Of a stretch of 64,000 nt of DNA, positions 51,401 to 64,000 are shown one piece after another. Positions within the stretch are counted from its first letter, which is position 1, and the number at the start of each line of letters is the position of its first letter. The notes beneath the pieces were generated by a model. The model did not search any database. It was not told the origin of the DNA and saw only the letters and a list, made by a program, of their open reading frames with translations. A program made the translations under genes and the position numbers. The DNA comes from Camelus dromedarius (taxonomy: Eukaryota). The stretch is from NCBI RefSeq assembly GCF_036321535.1, contig NC_087437.1, positions 93,870,001-93,934,000 on the forward strand. Reading direction: 5' to 3'.

Positions 51401-54070
51401 TCTGTGTTCTGATAAAGTATACAAACTCATGATCATTACTATTTTTACTCGGGACAATTTGTTGGTTTCTCAAGATCTTTAGAATAATGCTATAAATTGC
51501 TAATAATATTATTTTTTATTGTTTTGAGGCATAATTAGGAAAATACTTTTGCCATCCTGTTACCAAGTTTTCTTAATTTACTTTTTCCTCTTATTTATAA
51601 TATAGGTCCAAGAAATTTATAAAAAATATTTTACTGATCAGAAAGTCCAATATAATAATTATTATTCTTCAACTATTTTTTAATTTCCAAAAAAAAGAGC
51701 AGTAGTAGATACGTTATTTTAAAATATATATATATAATTTGAGTCCTTGAACATAAAGAAATATAAGGAAAAACTAACAATATTAAGAAGAAATCATTCT
51801 ATCATTGCTTTTTTAAAAGTTAATTACAATAATTAATATAAGATCCTGTTTCCTCAGTTCTGATCTATTTTAAAGAAACTGAATCAAAGGAAATGCTAAG
51901 AAAGAAATTACATAATGACTATTCCATTTATACCGTTGATTCAAATCCCCTAGAGAATTGGTGAATATTAGGCAATGTATATTTTAACCTAGGGATACAA
52001 AGCATCTCAAAATCCAAAACTCTTTCACAGCAACATATATTTACTTATCTTAATACAAATGTGGCTTCTGTTTAATAATCTATTTTCAAATTTTTTTGTT
52101 CCTTTAGTCTGATTAATGTAGGCACTCTTTCTATAAGATTTAAGCTTATAATTTTGGTTGCTATTATCAAGAAATAGCATAAAAGTGCAACTAGGCAGGG
52201 AAAGGAGGAAATAGAACAATAGAAGTATACCTAGTGGACAGACTTACTGTGACTGCATTAAAATTACTGTACGACAGCATGATGTTCACTTTTAAATTTT
52301 TTCTTTCTTGCTGTTTTCTTGAATTCTCCTCTTTTTGACATATATTACTTTATATCTGTTTATTCAAATGTATGTTATGAGTCTATCTGATTTAAACATT
52401 TTTTACATGTTGCATATAAATACCCTGTAAGTACAAGTTTAAAGAAAAATACCTGACAAGTATTTTATTGCTAAAATATAAATCTAAATGATCTTATCTT
52501 AATAAGTATACAAACTTTAATATTTACCTTTATTCATGAATCACATATCCGTTAAACACTATGACTCTACCAATTAAACACTATGATTTTGAACTAGATA
52601 TTTAGCATTTTTACTATAGGGAAATTGAATCACCTTATTGCTAGATCTTCTACAATAGTAGAGAATGACTTTTAAAATTTCTCCCTCATCTTTTTATGGG
52701 TCATGTATACTCCAGGAAGAATAGAGATTGAAAATAACTACAGAACAGCAGGAGAAGTGCCTTTGTGATAAACTGACTTCTTATTTCTACAAATGCCCAA
52801 AACTACTGGCATGGAAATCATTTATCGGACTTCTCAAAAATGACTTGTCTGTGGAAGAATGACAATGTTTTTCATCCAGTCCCTAAAATTGGAAAGAAAA
52901 TTAAGTCAAATATTCACAAGTGCCAGCTACAAAGCAAATTTGCCATGGTAACCGTACCTCAAAAGCCTGTGGTTGCAGATTTTTGCCAATTAGCAACTCC
53001 AAAGGGTGCTATTAGTTCCTTCAAAAACATAAGGGACATGGTTTTCATCGGTGATTGCTATTCCTCTTTTACAACAGGCCTTGACAAAAGATGAAATACA
53101 CAACTGCACACTGTTTAGTTCTTACTTCTAATTATACAATTGGTTCATAAAGAGAACAATGCATAGTATGGTATAGTACTTTTCAGTAAAGAATAATTAC
53201 CCTTGCGAAATCATTATCACTAACTTAAGACTCATTTAAGCAAATTGTACTGTACCAACAGCAAAAATCTAAACCAAATTTAATGTCTAGACTATCTATT
53301 CTTTTTATAATGTCTATCTTCTAGGCAGTGAGCTGGAGAATAGATGACAGATACGTAATGAAGAGTTTTACTGTTGTGAATATGGCATCTGGGGATAGTC
53401 TAAAAATTATTCATCATGATTAAACATCAGCTACATATTTCCATTGCCATTCCAAAAATATCCATTTGCAACATATTTTTCATTTCTGTTACTTTTCCTG
53501 AAATTTTATTAGACATTCTCTCCTACCAATGATGCTGTGTATTAAGAAAATAAAATTATAAAATTATCCTGCTACATTAGTAGAGATGATTTTATGGAGC
53601 TGTAAACAAACATACTGACACGTTTACCATAGTAGTTCAGTAAGCATTGATAATATTAATATTCATTAAAATAATGGTTTATTATATAATAAGCTCTAAA
53701 ACTGAGACTATAAATGATTCTCATGTAAAGCTACAAACTGCAGATAATAAAAAGTATTTGAGGAGAAAAAAATTGCCAAATAATTTTATTTAAAATTGGC
53801 TTTGAAAGTTAGACCTCTGTTCCTCAACCAAATATTATTTAATTGCTCAATAAAGTAACATAGATAACCTGATTGAATACTAATTATGAAGAAGCTGTCT
53901 TAATATGAGTTGTCACCCAACTGTCACAAACAAAATACTGGAAAATGCCTGTTAGTTTTCAAATTTTGCTTTAATTAAGGCAAAAGCAGTATTTTAGTAA
54001 CAAGCAAGATAAGAAAAATTCAGAAGTGGCTTCTTATTGAATAATTTTATCTTAGCATTTTATGCTAATG

Positions 54071-54079
54071 ATATATATA

Positions 54080-54120
<41 letters not shown>

Positions 54121-54137
54121 TTATATATATATATATA
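54071..54137. repeat. (TA)n microsatellite
   Basis: Directly visible, interrupted. Confidence 0.95.
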
Positions 54138-57100
54138 AATTCACCATTTCAATTTTCTTAGAAGACTATAATAATATAAATTACACTTAAATTATTTTCT
54201 TAGATTAGCACTCCCTATACCTATATAAGAGAAAGCACATAAAAGCCTTTCAAAGAAAACAGAGGATGCTGAAAGGATGATAGAAACCCACAAAAAATAA
54301 AATTTCTAAGAAATACCAAATGTCAAAAGGAAAAGTGTTGATGATAATAAGAAATTCTGTTATTCTGGAATAACTATCATTGAGGCTGAAAAATATGAAA
54401 TACTTGTTTTTATTTAAAAACTAAATTTTGTATTCAAAGGTTTTTGGTCCTTTGAAAGTTTTCTTTGCTCTGCATAACAAGTTCTTCTGAAGGAGGGAAA
54501 AACATAGTCTTAAGGGAGTACTTCTATCTGAAGATAGTAAAAGTTTATATATATAGATAGAAAATACACTAGAATCTGCCACTGACAGATCTGTATCTAT
54601 TGCCTTGAATAAGAAAAGTTATCTATTTTTTCCATAGTAAAAATAATTGAATTTTCAACAGTGGACTTTTTTCTGCCACACATTTGCTAGATATTTAGTT
54701 TGATTGTTAGGTATGTAAGTCTCTGCAGGTCATAAAAATGACTTAAAAAAAAATCCTTGATTTTTTTAACCTAGAAAGACTAGCATGTCTTGAGGGAAAA
54801 GTAACAGTTACATTAAATATTTATTTTTAAAGACCACCTCTTAACTCACCTGAACGATTTTTATCTGGTGTAGAAAAAAACATACTAAATAGATACATTA
54901 AATATCCTAACATCTTAGGTTTGCTTCTGTTGCAATATTTATTTTCTGAAGCACTTTCTGTCAGAAAAAAAAAAAAAGAAGAAGAAGAAGAAAAAAGGAA
55001 TTGGGAGAAAGAGCAATGGCAGACTTCAGAAGAAATAAAATTTGCTTTGTCCATTTAAGAATAATGAGAATGTAATTCAAAACTCATTTTAAAGTTGTTA
55101 GGCAGATATGTAACTAAACTTAATCAAGACCCTACGGGCTATTTCTGTACAGGTGCACTGTGTATATATATCATTTAAAGTGAGCTTTGAAATGCACCCT
55201 GTAAAAAACACTTTTTCTTAGTTTATTTAGCCTTCCTGACCATCTAATCACAATGCAATGAACATTGACGATTCATTTATTTATTTAATTTTTCCCCTGA
55301 ATGCTCTGCCCTCTCCTACTTTGATATGTTTAAAAATACTGAATTTTGTGAATATAATCTTAAGATGCCTAAGCATGAGAAAAAAGTGTAGATAAAACTC
55401 AAGGGAAAGACCTAACTAATAATTCTGTAGCTGCTTCAGATGTGCCTGCCTGTTCTCCTTTTGGCTATTAGGAGTTGCTTGTCTTCATAGCAGCAATGGT
55501 GGTTCTTCTCTGTTATTAATGCGTGTGGTGTCATTGTGCCATCAATGGTCACGATTGCTTATTGATTCACCCTGCAGACCACATGTGTTAGACAGAAAAT
55601 ACACTGGAATCTGCCACGAACTGAGTTTGCAAGAGACCGTGCTGGATGTTAGGGCATGTCTTTATCAGCACTGCTAGCTCTCGACACTTCCTGTTTCATA
55701 CACGAGCAATTACGTTTTTACCTCTTTTCCTCTACCTTGATGATGCACTCCATAGGGGAAAATATCATGTCTACCATGTGCTAGAGGAAATCCTTGATAA
55801 AAATGTATATGAAAACATTAAAACATTGCTTAATGAACGCATTCTCTGGAAACTAAACTACTGAACACTAGGCTATAATTTTCTAGTGATAGAAGTCATA
55901 GTGTCTTTTCTGAGCTCTTCTGTATATTAGACATGGCACCAGCATACTGCATGCATTAACTCTAATCTTTCTGACAGCCTGTGAAATAGGTGTTATTATC
56001 ACCTTTTACCACAGTTAGTAGGTGATGGAACCATCACACCCTTTCCATTAAAACAGGCCATCTTAAACTTGATACGAGAATTAGCTTTATAAAATGAGTG
56101 ACCGCATGTTTCTTAACTTGTCATCTTCCAGTGTCAGTGGTCTCAGTAAGGCTCTGGAGGGAAACTGGCTAACAAGTAGTTCAAGGTTCAGCTCATTGAT
56201 GAGTGCCCAGGGCTTAGATTTTCTCCCTTGATTGAATGGAGATTCTACAGCTTCTTTTTAGCTTTTATCTTACTCAGATTTCCTGCAGCATTTGATAATA
56301 TGGACTATACATTCTATTACAGAATAAAATTAAACAAGTCGTACTTAATAAAATTTTTCACACTGTCCTCTTTTTAAAAAAAAAATGATTATTTAAATCT
56401 CTGCATCTTTTCTCTGTCCCTGGGACAATGAAGGTACAACACTCTCTAGCTCCTTGAACAAAAGGTCAGAGACACAACAAATGGCAGTGAGGTGGAGAGT
56501 TCACACAAAACAGCATCTCCATACATTTCTCCCTGCTGCCTTCCTGATAAATCTGTGAATCTGTGTTTCTCTGTCAAGTAACTCTACTTATTTTCCGTAC
56601 ATACCCATCTCCAAGAAAGAGAGAGGAAACCTGTGTTAATGACTTCATTTAGATACTTGGAGATGCTACCTCCCATTGTTATATGATGCTTTAATTATGA
56701 GCCTGTCCTTTCTCCAAAGTCCTCTGAGGTGAAGTTTGTTAATTTCCCTCCCTAAAGTTCTCATCCTCTACCTTTTCTTCCAGAAAAGTCTATGTTAATT
56801 CAATTTTGGTTACATCTCTTGAAAACCTTTATCTTTCTAACCTGGGCTGAGATGAGGAATACTCAGCTCAGCCCCATTAAATGACAAGGAGCACACAGCT
56901 ATCTTTGCATTACTGATGGGAGGCAAACTGGGACCTCAACCAAGCTGTTCAACCGACTCCTCTTCAGAGATCATAGAACTTGGAAGTCTCTACTGAGCTG
57001 GCAAAATGTTGCTAGACTCAACCTTTCTGGTCCCATGTGTCTCCTCAGATTCTTGAGATGTCCCAGTGTTTGCTTTATACCTCATGCTCTGATTTGTGAG

Positions 57101-57389
57101 TTCTTTTTATGGATACTGCTTATTTCAAACTGTTTGTTTTCTTCAACATAAAGTAAGTGAAAAAGGAACTTGAAATGCTCCTAACTCTTAGCTGATATCT
57201 CTATTTGTTCCATGTGTAGGAACACATAGTATGTTTCAAGGCCTTAAAGTTTGGTGTCAGCAGAGCTGAATGAAAATGGAAATTAGGGGCCTTTTGTTTA
57301 GAAATTTAGAATTCCATGACATCAGAACATTAAGCCAAGTACAGGACATGAGAATGTACAAGCCGTAAACCTATGTCGTCAGCCCTGGG

Positions 57390-57740
57390 TGTCTCCCTAG
57401 GTTGGGTTTCTTAAAAGAAAAGCCTGAGATAAGGAATCTTAGTCAAGTGATTCAATCACTAGTGTCTTTAGGAAGGGTGATTGAAGGAAATAACATAGAG
57501 TAGGAGGAAAATCTAAGCAAGAAGATATTCTCAGCTGAATACTGTTATGTCTGGTGTCACAAGGTAAACCCTGAAGCACAAATTTCTTCAGAGATTTAGT
57601 CAAACCTTGAGGAAATTAGATAGCCTCCTGAACCTGATCATGGGTAATTCTCCAGAGAAGAGAGTAACACTCACAGCAGCTGAGATATGGTGCTAAGGCT
57701 AAGGGAGGAGGTCCAGGTGGGGCAAAGACATCTTTCAGTA
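57390..57740 (-). mobile_element. Old ERVL LTR (LTR16/LTR33-like)
   Basis: TAGGTTGGGTTTC..AGCCTGAGATAAGGA..CAAGTGATT. Confidence 0.5.
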
Positions 57741-57925
57741 GTCTTGGTGTTTGACTAGTCTCCTATACCAGCATGTCTATATGGCAGACCTAAGAGAGGC
57801 ACATCAAGAAAATGTCGCAGCTTGGCAAAGAATGGATTGTTCTGCCTTGGTGACTTGAGCTGGATCTGGAAGTATTACCTAATAGTAAAAGTCTAGGTTC
57901 TTATAAAAATTCAGTTTTTTATTAG

Positions 57926-59248
57926 TGTCTTTGTCTATAAAGGCTGCTATAATAGAATACCATGGACTGGGTGACTTATAAACAACAGAAATTTATTCCT
58001 CACAGTTCTGGAGACTAGAAAGTCCAAGATCAAGGCATCAGCAGATTCAGTACTGGGTAAGGGACTGCTTCTTGGTTCATAGACTGGCACCTTCTCACTG
58101 TACACTCACCTGGGAGAAGGGGTGATGGAGCTCTCTGGCTGGGGTCTCTTTTATGAGAGCACTAATCCAAATATAATGGCTTATCCTTCATGACCTAATC
58201 TCCTTCCAAAGGCCCACCTCCAAATACTGTCACATCCGGGATTAGGTTTCACCGTACAAATTTTGGAGAGATACAAAAATTCAGTCTCTAGCCTTCTGCT
58301 CTGATCCCCCTAAATGCATGTCTTTCTTACATGTGAAATGCATTCATTCCATACCAACAGCCCCCAAGATCTTAACTTTTTCCAGCATCAAAATGTCTAA
58401 GTTTGAAACCTCACCTAAGTATCATCTAAATCAGATATGAGACTCAAGATATGATTCATCCTGAGACAGATTCCTCTACAGTTAGAAACTGTGAAACCAA
58501 AAATGTCATATGCTTTCAAAATCCAGTGGTGGGACAGGCATCGGACAGACATTCACATTCCAAAAGGGAGAAGCAGGAAAGAAGAAAGGAATAACGGGAG
58601 CTAATTAATTTAAAACTGAATGGGGACTATTTTTCCCAGTCCATATTTTTACCAGTATTCTGTTCATGATTACTTAGATTTTTCCCTAAGAAGACTGTGA
58701 GGCTTTCTCTCCAGCTCTCCTCTTTCTGAATCCTCACCAGAATTGGCTTTAAATGTCCATCCCTGATGATGTAGACTTCTTCTAGCCTGCACCGCAAAAT
58801 TCTTGTAGCCTCTACCCATTACCCACTTTCAAAACTACTTCCACATTTTTAGAAATTAGTTATAGTAGTACCCACACTTCTCTGTGCCAGTTTCTGTCAG
58901 TTTGATCTGCTATAACAGTACCATAGACTGGGTGGCTTATAAACAATAGAAATTTATTTCTCATAGTTCTGGAGGGCAGGATGGAGGATCCAAGGTCAAG
59001 GTACTGGCAGATTTGGTGCCTGATAAGAACCTGCTTCCTGGTTCTTAGACGGCTGTTGTCTCCCTGTTTCCTCACATGGTAGAAAGGATGGGGAGAAGCT
59101 CTCTTAAGGTCTCTTTTCTTAAGGACACTAATGAAGGGCTCCATCCTTATGACATAATCACCTCCTAAAGGTCCCACAATCAAGTATCATCACATTGGGG
59201 ATTAGGCTTAACATAAAATTTGGGGGAACACAAATGGTCAATCTGAAA
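57926..59248 (-). mobile_element. MLT1A-like MaLR provirus: LTR (57926-58293), deleted internal (58294-58894), LTR (58895-59248)
   Basis: Two homologous LTRs in the same orientation. MLT1-int motifs CATTCATTCCATACCAACAG and TCATCTAAATCAGATATG. Flanks ATTAG/CTTAG. Confidence 0.85.
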
Positions 59249-60099
59249 CTTAGTGGTTTTAAAAAGTCACATCATCCTCCCTATTCTCTCTTACGGTCTT
59301 TCTCTAGAATGCAGATGTAAATCATGGCACTTGACAATTTAAAGCTTTCTGTGGACCTGAGTCTCATCACAGTCTACTTGTATTCTTAAAATCACAAACG
59401 ACTTCTGAGAGTGCACCTCATCTCCACACATTATTATTTTATTTTCAGAGTTATAGCCCTTGCTTCAAGGAGAATTGTTATAAAGTATGTATGACTATCT
59501 GTCCATCAGCGTATAAGAAATGTTACTTTCTCCGTCTTCCAAAGATAAAACTTGGTTTCTATTTGCATGTCTATTTCCACTGAAAGGCCCCAAATTAATC
59601 CAGGTTATTCAAGGTAACTTCTAGCAAAGCAACCTCCAGCAAAGCAACCTCCTTTCCTGTACAACTTTCCCCAGGTGGAGAGAAGCAGGCAAAAGGCCTT
59701 TGCTTAAGTTCTGTCTCCAGTGTCAACAAGAGAAAGCCATTGTTTTCAGTTAGTCTCAGCAGCCACTCCCAAGAAATCACTGCTGTACTTACCTCTTTCC
59801 AAACACAAGGTCTTCTTTGGGAATCTTCTACATAAGCTCTGTCCAGCGTCACCTTTTCCCAAATCCATATTTTAACAGATGTGACCATACCATATTCCCC
59901 TATCTCCCATTTATCTGTTTTCAAAATAGATAGGCACTCGGCCAAATTCCCTTCTGATTTCTCACTGCCTAACTCCCACTCCTCCTCTCTCATTCTTTGC
60001 TGTTCTGATGAGCTTTTTCCAAAGTTATAAACTTGCTCAAACATAGGAGATAGAAGTCTATGAATACTGAATTTCAAAGAAACTATAATCAGTGAATGG

Positions 60100-61030
60100 G
60101 GAATAGGAGTCAATGTTTCACATTCCACAAAGGGAGGGTGCAGACAGCCTCTGGCCTTTCAGAAGGACCATTCTGAAGTGCACTAGGCATGGAAGGAGTG
60201 AGATGCTAACAGCTGAGATGGCAGCGTGTGGGTGAAATGCCCTGAATCCTCCAGACTGTGAAAACAGCTCTCTCACTCGTCTAAGTAATGGAAGACTCTG
60301 CTTTCCTGGGGTTCATGCTAAGACTTCAACTGAGTTGCATGTCTTGCAAGATGATATAGTCTTCTCAAATTCACCTGTATCTCCCCTTACAACCTCTAAA
60401 AATAACTTGGGTCAGGGTTCAGCATAGCCTAAGCAGGGGATTATGGTCTTTAATATTAGAGTAAATATTTTAGTAAAACTTTATGGGATGTGTCCCAGTA
60501 AAAACTGGGAAAGTATAATTAGGAATGAATCTTAAGAATATAAGACCAAGGTGTGAAAAAAATACAAGAGGGGATGTTATTGACCTAGAACTTCATTCAA
60601 GAACTCAGCATTAAATATCCTAGCCATGACACTTTGCAGTGAATCTAAAGACGATGCTCCTAGGATGATGGGATGACTCCTTGAAGCTTGCACATGACAA
60701 TGTTTGCAGCTTGATTAATAGTTTCTGTGCATGCTGCTCACGTTTCACCTCAAATTCCTTCTGTATCTTCCACTTTTCTGTCTCAGGGCTTTTCTCTGAA
60801 GCTATGAGGGCCAACTCAAACTAGGCAAAAAGGCAGCCTTGATGCATGTGTGAATTACCACTACAGAAGGAAGGATCATCAGTAGCTAACTGCTCCCATT
60901 TCCTGTCCTTCGAAGAGATCACCATGAGGCACAATATACAAACTTCTCAGAGGGTCCCTGGTGGTGCAAAACCCCAGTGACCACAGAGGTAACCAGCTCA
61001 GCAACACAGCCCTCATGCATTTCCTCTTTT
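60100..61030 (+). mobile_element. ERVL remnant: gag-like internal fragment followed by LTR16-like LTR (~60625-61030)
   Basis: GGAATGAATCTTAAGA..GACCAAGG..TTATTGAC resembles ERVL gag (WILRV..DQG..FID). CTCAGAGGGTCCC..CCCCAGTGACCACAGAGGTAACCAGCTC resembles LTR16. Confidence 0.6.
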
Positions 61031-63249
61031 TGTAAGCATTTATTTGAGCAACAATCAATTCAAATGGGGCAGCGCCAAAACAGAAGTGACTAGGAGGCTT
61101 GAAGAGAGGAGGCAGGGGGACACAGAGAGGATGAGGCTTTAGTTGTGAGTTCCTGTGAGTCTATAGTTGTTTCAAAGTAAAAAGTGCAAAAAAAAAAAAA
61201 AAAACCATTCATGAAACAAGTGTGTTATTCTCTAACATTTTTTGGTATCAGCTGTTATGAAATGAATCTCTACATGTACACGATACACAAAAGCTCATGA
61301 TTCAGAGTGTTCAGAGATGAAGAGAACAGATATTTTAGTGAAAGAGAAGGAAATGATCAGTGTATGGAGACTTTTTCCAGTTGACGTATTTCTCTCCACA
61401 GTCTCCTTCCTTTTCCTGAATTCTATATACCGAAGTCCTTTCAGACAGAGCTGCTGAGCCGTTGGTAATCATGCCAGATCTGAAGACAGAAATGCCGTTT
61501 TCCTTCCTCCCACCCTTCCTATCCAAGCTGTACATAATTCACCTCCCTTGTTTGAAGCAGAGGTTACATGCTGTGTAGGTACAAGGGAAAATGACCCTTA
61601 GGGTGAATTACACAGTACATCCTCAGATGCCTTGGTGCTCAGCCACAGCACTCCTCCAGGTCAGAAGTGATGTATTTTCTGTGTCATCTCAAATGTTACT
61701 AATGCTGCTGGACTTCACTTTTCATGTTTTGAAAGATAGACATACTAGAAATGGATGTTGTAGGTAGATATTAAAATGCACATTCACATAAGCAAATACA
61801 ATTGAATATAAAATTGGTTTATAGAGTGTAAAACACCCTGTTGATCTTAGCAGCTTTAATTATGCATGGTTTTCACAGGCCTCCCAGCAACAGACGTCAC
61901 TTCCTGCTGCCGTTGCTTCTAATTGAGACTTAAAGACGGTCACACTGTAAAACATACATTTAAAATACATTTTTTGAATATGGAAAAGTAAAAGAACAGT
62001 GGAAATGAACATTTAATTTTGATTGTTTAGGTCCTAATCTGGAAAAATACCATGGCCTATTTGTTTCACAGTGATTATTCCTATTTGATGCCTGTCACAT
62101 AAGAAATAATAATAGTTATGGATCAGATGCCACTAATTATATCCCCCAAATGAGTACTATATGTACCATTTAGCTTAATCTCACAAATGTCTCATATTTG
62201 AAGTGGAGGCTATCTCTTAAAGTTATCAGGAAGACTAATTCATCTTTGCACTATTGTGTTAATAAATGGTATTGGCTAAATATTTAATAATGAACCTGAA
62301 TTCATTTATCCTTGAGTGTCCTCTTTACTATTCAGGGACTTCAATGAATAACAGCTCTGTCGAATTCTGAACACCGTTCACAGTGTTAGTGCTAATTTAG
62401 AGCTGGTGTGTTAGCATGTTGGAATCTTTTATCACTAAGTACAAGTATAGAACTAACCCTGGGGAAAATCTTAGAGAAATATGTGAGCTATTAAACACTC
62501 CATGCCTGAAACAATCTCTCTCTCTCTTTCTGGCTCTTGCTCTTGTTTCCTTTGTTTGCTGTTTGTTTGCCTTTTAGCCATCAGGAATACCTGAGTTGCA
62601 TCCGTGTTAGAGCCTTTTTTTTTTCTTCAGTGTAACAAATTCACCTGCCTTAGGGAGTGTGCCCTCAAAAGACTTCATGCAAATCTAGAGAGAGATCAAA
62701 TTAAAGGAAGTCATAGATAATCCCTAAAGACTTTGCTTAGAGTGGTTATGAGTATTATTGCTGATTGATATACTTGGGAAACAGTTAAAAAGCTGTCAGT
62801 TCAACTTATTTTGTTTGAGATATTGAATAAATATGGACTGGCTGTCTTTATAACAAGTGTATCTAACTCACTATCTGCAAAAACTTCAATGTCTAATCAA
62901 CATCATGATTATAGAACTTGTGCTTGTGTGGATCACTTTGGGGAAAATGTTTCTGGTTGTTATTTATGAGTTAATTCCATGCTTTCTTTTAATTCAGGTC
63001 CTAGTGAAATACTAATAGATTGCACGGTAATTATATTTTAAAATTTAAAGTCTAATTAGCATAATGGAGTTATTAATGAAATAAATGCACACTTTCAATT
63101 GTTAATGTTTAGTTCAAATTAGAAAGTGTACCATCACCTAACTGTAAAAATCTTTTATGTAGGGTGTGGTAGTGAATTATACTACACCTTATTTCTTAAT
63201 CTATTCTAGGCAGAGTTATAAGAGCTGATCATTTAACAGCTATTGTTTT

Positions 63250-63725
63250 GGGGTACTATCTAAGCATCTGGTGTGTATTAATTATCACAAAAATCTAGAG
63301 AAGTTGGTACTTTTATGCTTTTCTAGAAATGACGATCTAAGACTAAGTGACTTGCCCAAGGTTATTTAGCTGGTAAAGGACAGAGTAGGGCTTTTCATCC
63401 GGACAGGTGGCTCCAGGATCCGTGTGTGTAATCACAGTAACATACTACTGAGAAACCTGATCATTATAGTAATTGCTTTTATAAGCTGATATTTATTGAG
63501 CAATTACTAGTATATTGTAGAATCACTGCTCAGAATTATGTGCAAATTTTCTCATTTCATCCTCACTCCAAACTGGGAAGGTAGCTACAGTTATTAGACT
63601 CATTTTACAGTTAGGTAAGTTGAGGATTATGTACATTATGTAGTTTGTGAAATGTCTCCCCACCCTGAGTCTAACTGTGCTCTGCTGCTGTGATATTCAT
63701 CTATGCTTAGGCTGCTAACCATGCT
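63250..63725 (-). mobile_element. Two adjacent MIR SINEs
   Basis: TAAGTGACTTGCCCAAGGT..AGCTGGTAA and ATTTATTGAGC..CATTTTACAG. Confidence 0.75.
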
Positions 63726-64000
63726 ACAGTACTCCATGTAATCATAAATGAGTTCATTAATTCACCAGCCTATGTTACATATGTGTCAAACAATGAGAAT
63801 ACAGTAGTGAGGAAGATGTGTTCATCTCAGTCATTGGCTTTTTATAACTAGTGCTATATAGAAATAAATGTGCCTCGGAAGAACAAAGGGAAGAGTGATG
63901 TATTCTGTTGAAGGGGTCAGGAAGTTCTCTGAGAGATAAGAGCTGATCTGGAGACCATACCATGGATTTCCTAGGTGGGAGGATGGACTTGGTGGTACCT

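Noticed and set aside
31706..52585. Short tandem duplications (AGGATTAAATCA ~31706, AAAATACTGATG ~36280, TTAAACACTATGA ~52552)
   Set aside because: Ordinary slippage-type 12-13-bp duplications in AT-rich DNA.
59595..60128. Longest ORF (177 aa, minus strand)
   Set aside because: Non-ATG start and no recognisable domain. The EVALLEVALLEV repeat is just a 15-bp tandem duplication. Compatible with chance.
1..64000. Prokaryote-type systems (CRISPR, operons, defence islands) or a novel coding system
   Set aside because: The sequence is mammalian, repeat-rich non-coding DNA with no regularly spaced repeat-spacer array and no intact long ORF.

Overview
AT-rich mammalian non-coding DNA (gene desert or large intron). 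Two ~90-bp tRNA-derived SINEs resemble the camelid Vic-1-type family, which suggests a camelid (alpaca/camel) genome; this is an inference from recalled consensus. I find no credible host protein-coding exon or RNA gene. The listed ORFs are either chance ORFs or decayed retroelement frames. The main structure is a 7.6-kb decayed class I (gamma-like) ERV on the minus strand (8147-15792) with two LTRs, a CCTT target-site duplication (TSD), gag/RT/RNaseH/IN remnants and no env. Two later insertions sit inside it. One is a solo LTR (GTTT TSD). The other is a 1.2-kb L1 (15-bp TSD) combining a 5' inversion, a microhomology-bounded internal deletion and a probable 3' transduction. The rest is ordinary eutherian repeats (MIR, L2, L1, MaLR/ERVL LTRs, Tigger/hAT) plus a few unexplained local duplications, a perfect hairpin and candidate regulatory motifs. 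I found no evidence for a new biological system. Repeat subfamily names come from recalled consensus sequences and need RepeatMasker/Dfam confirmation. Coordinates without a stated TSD or TIR are approximate.
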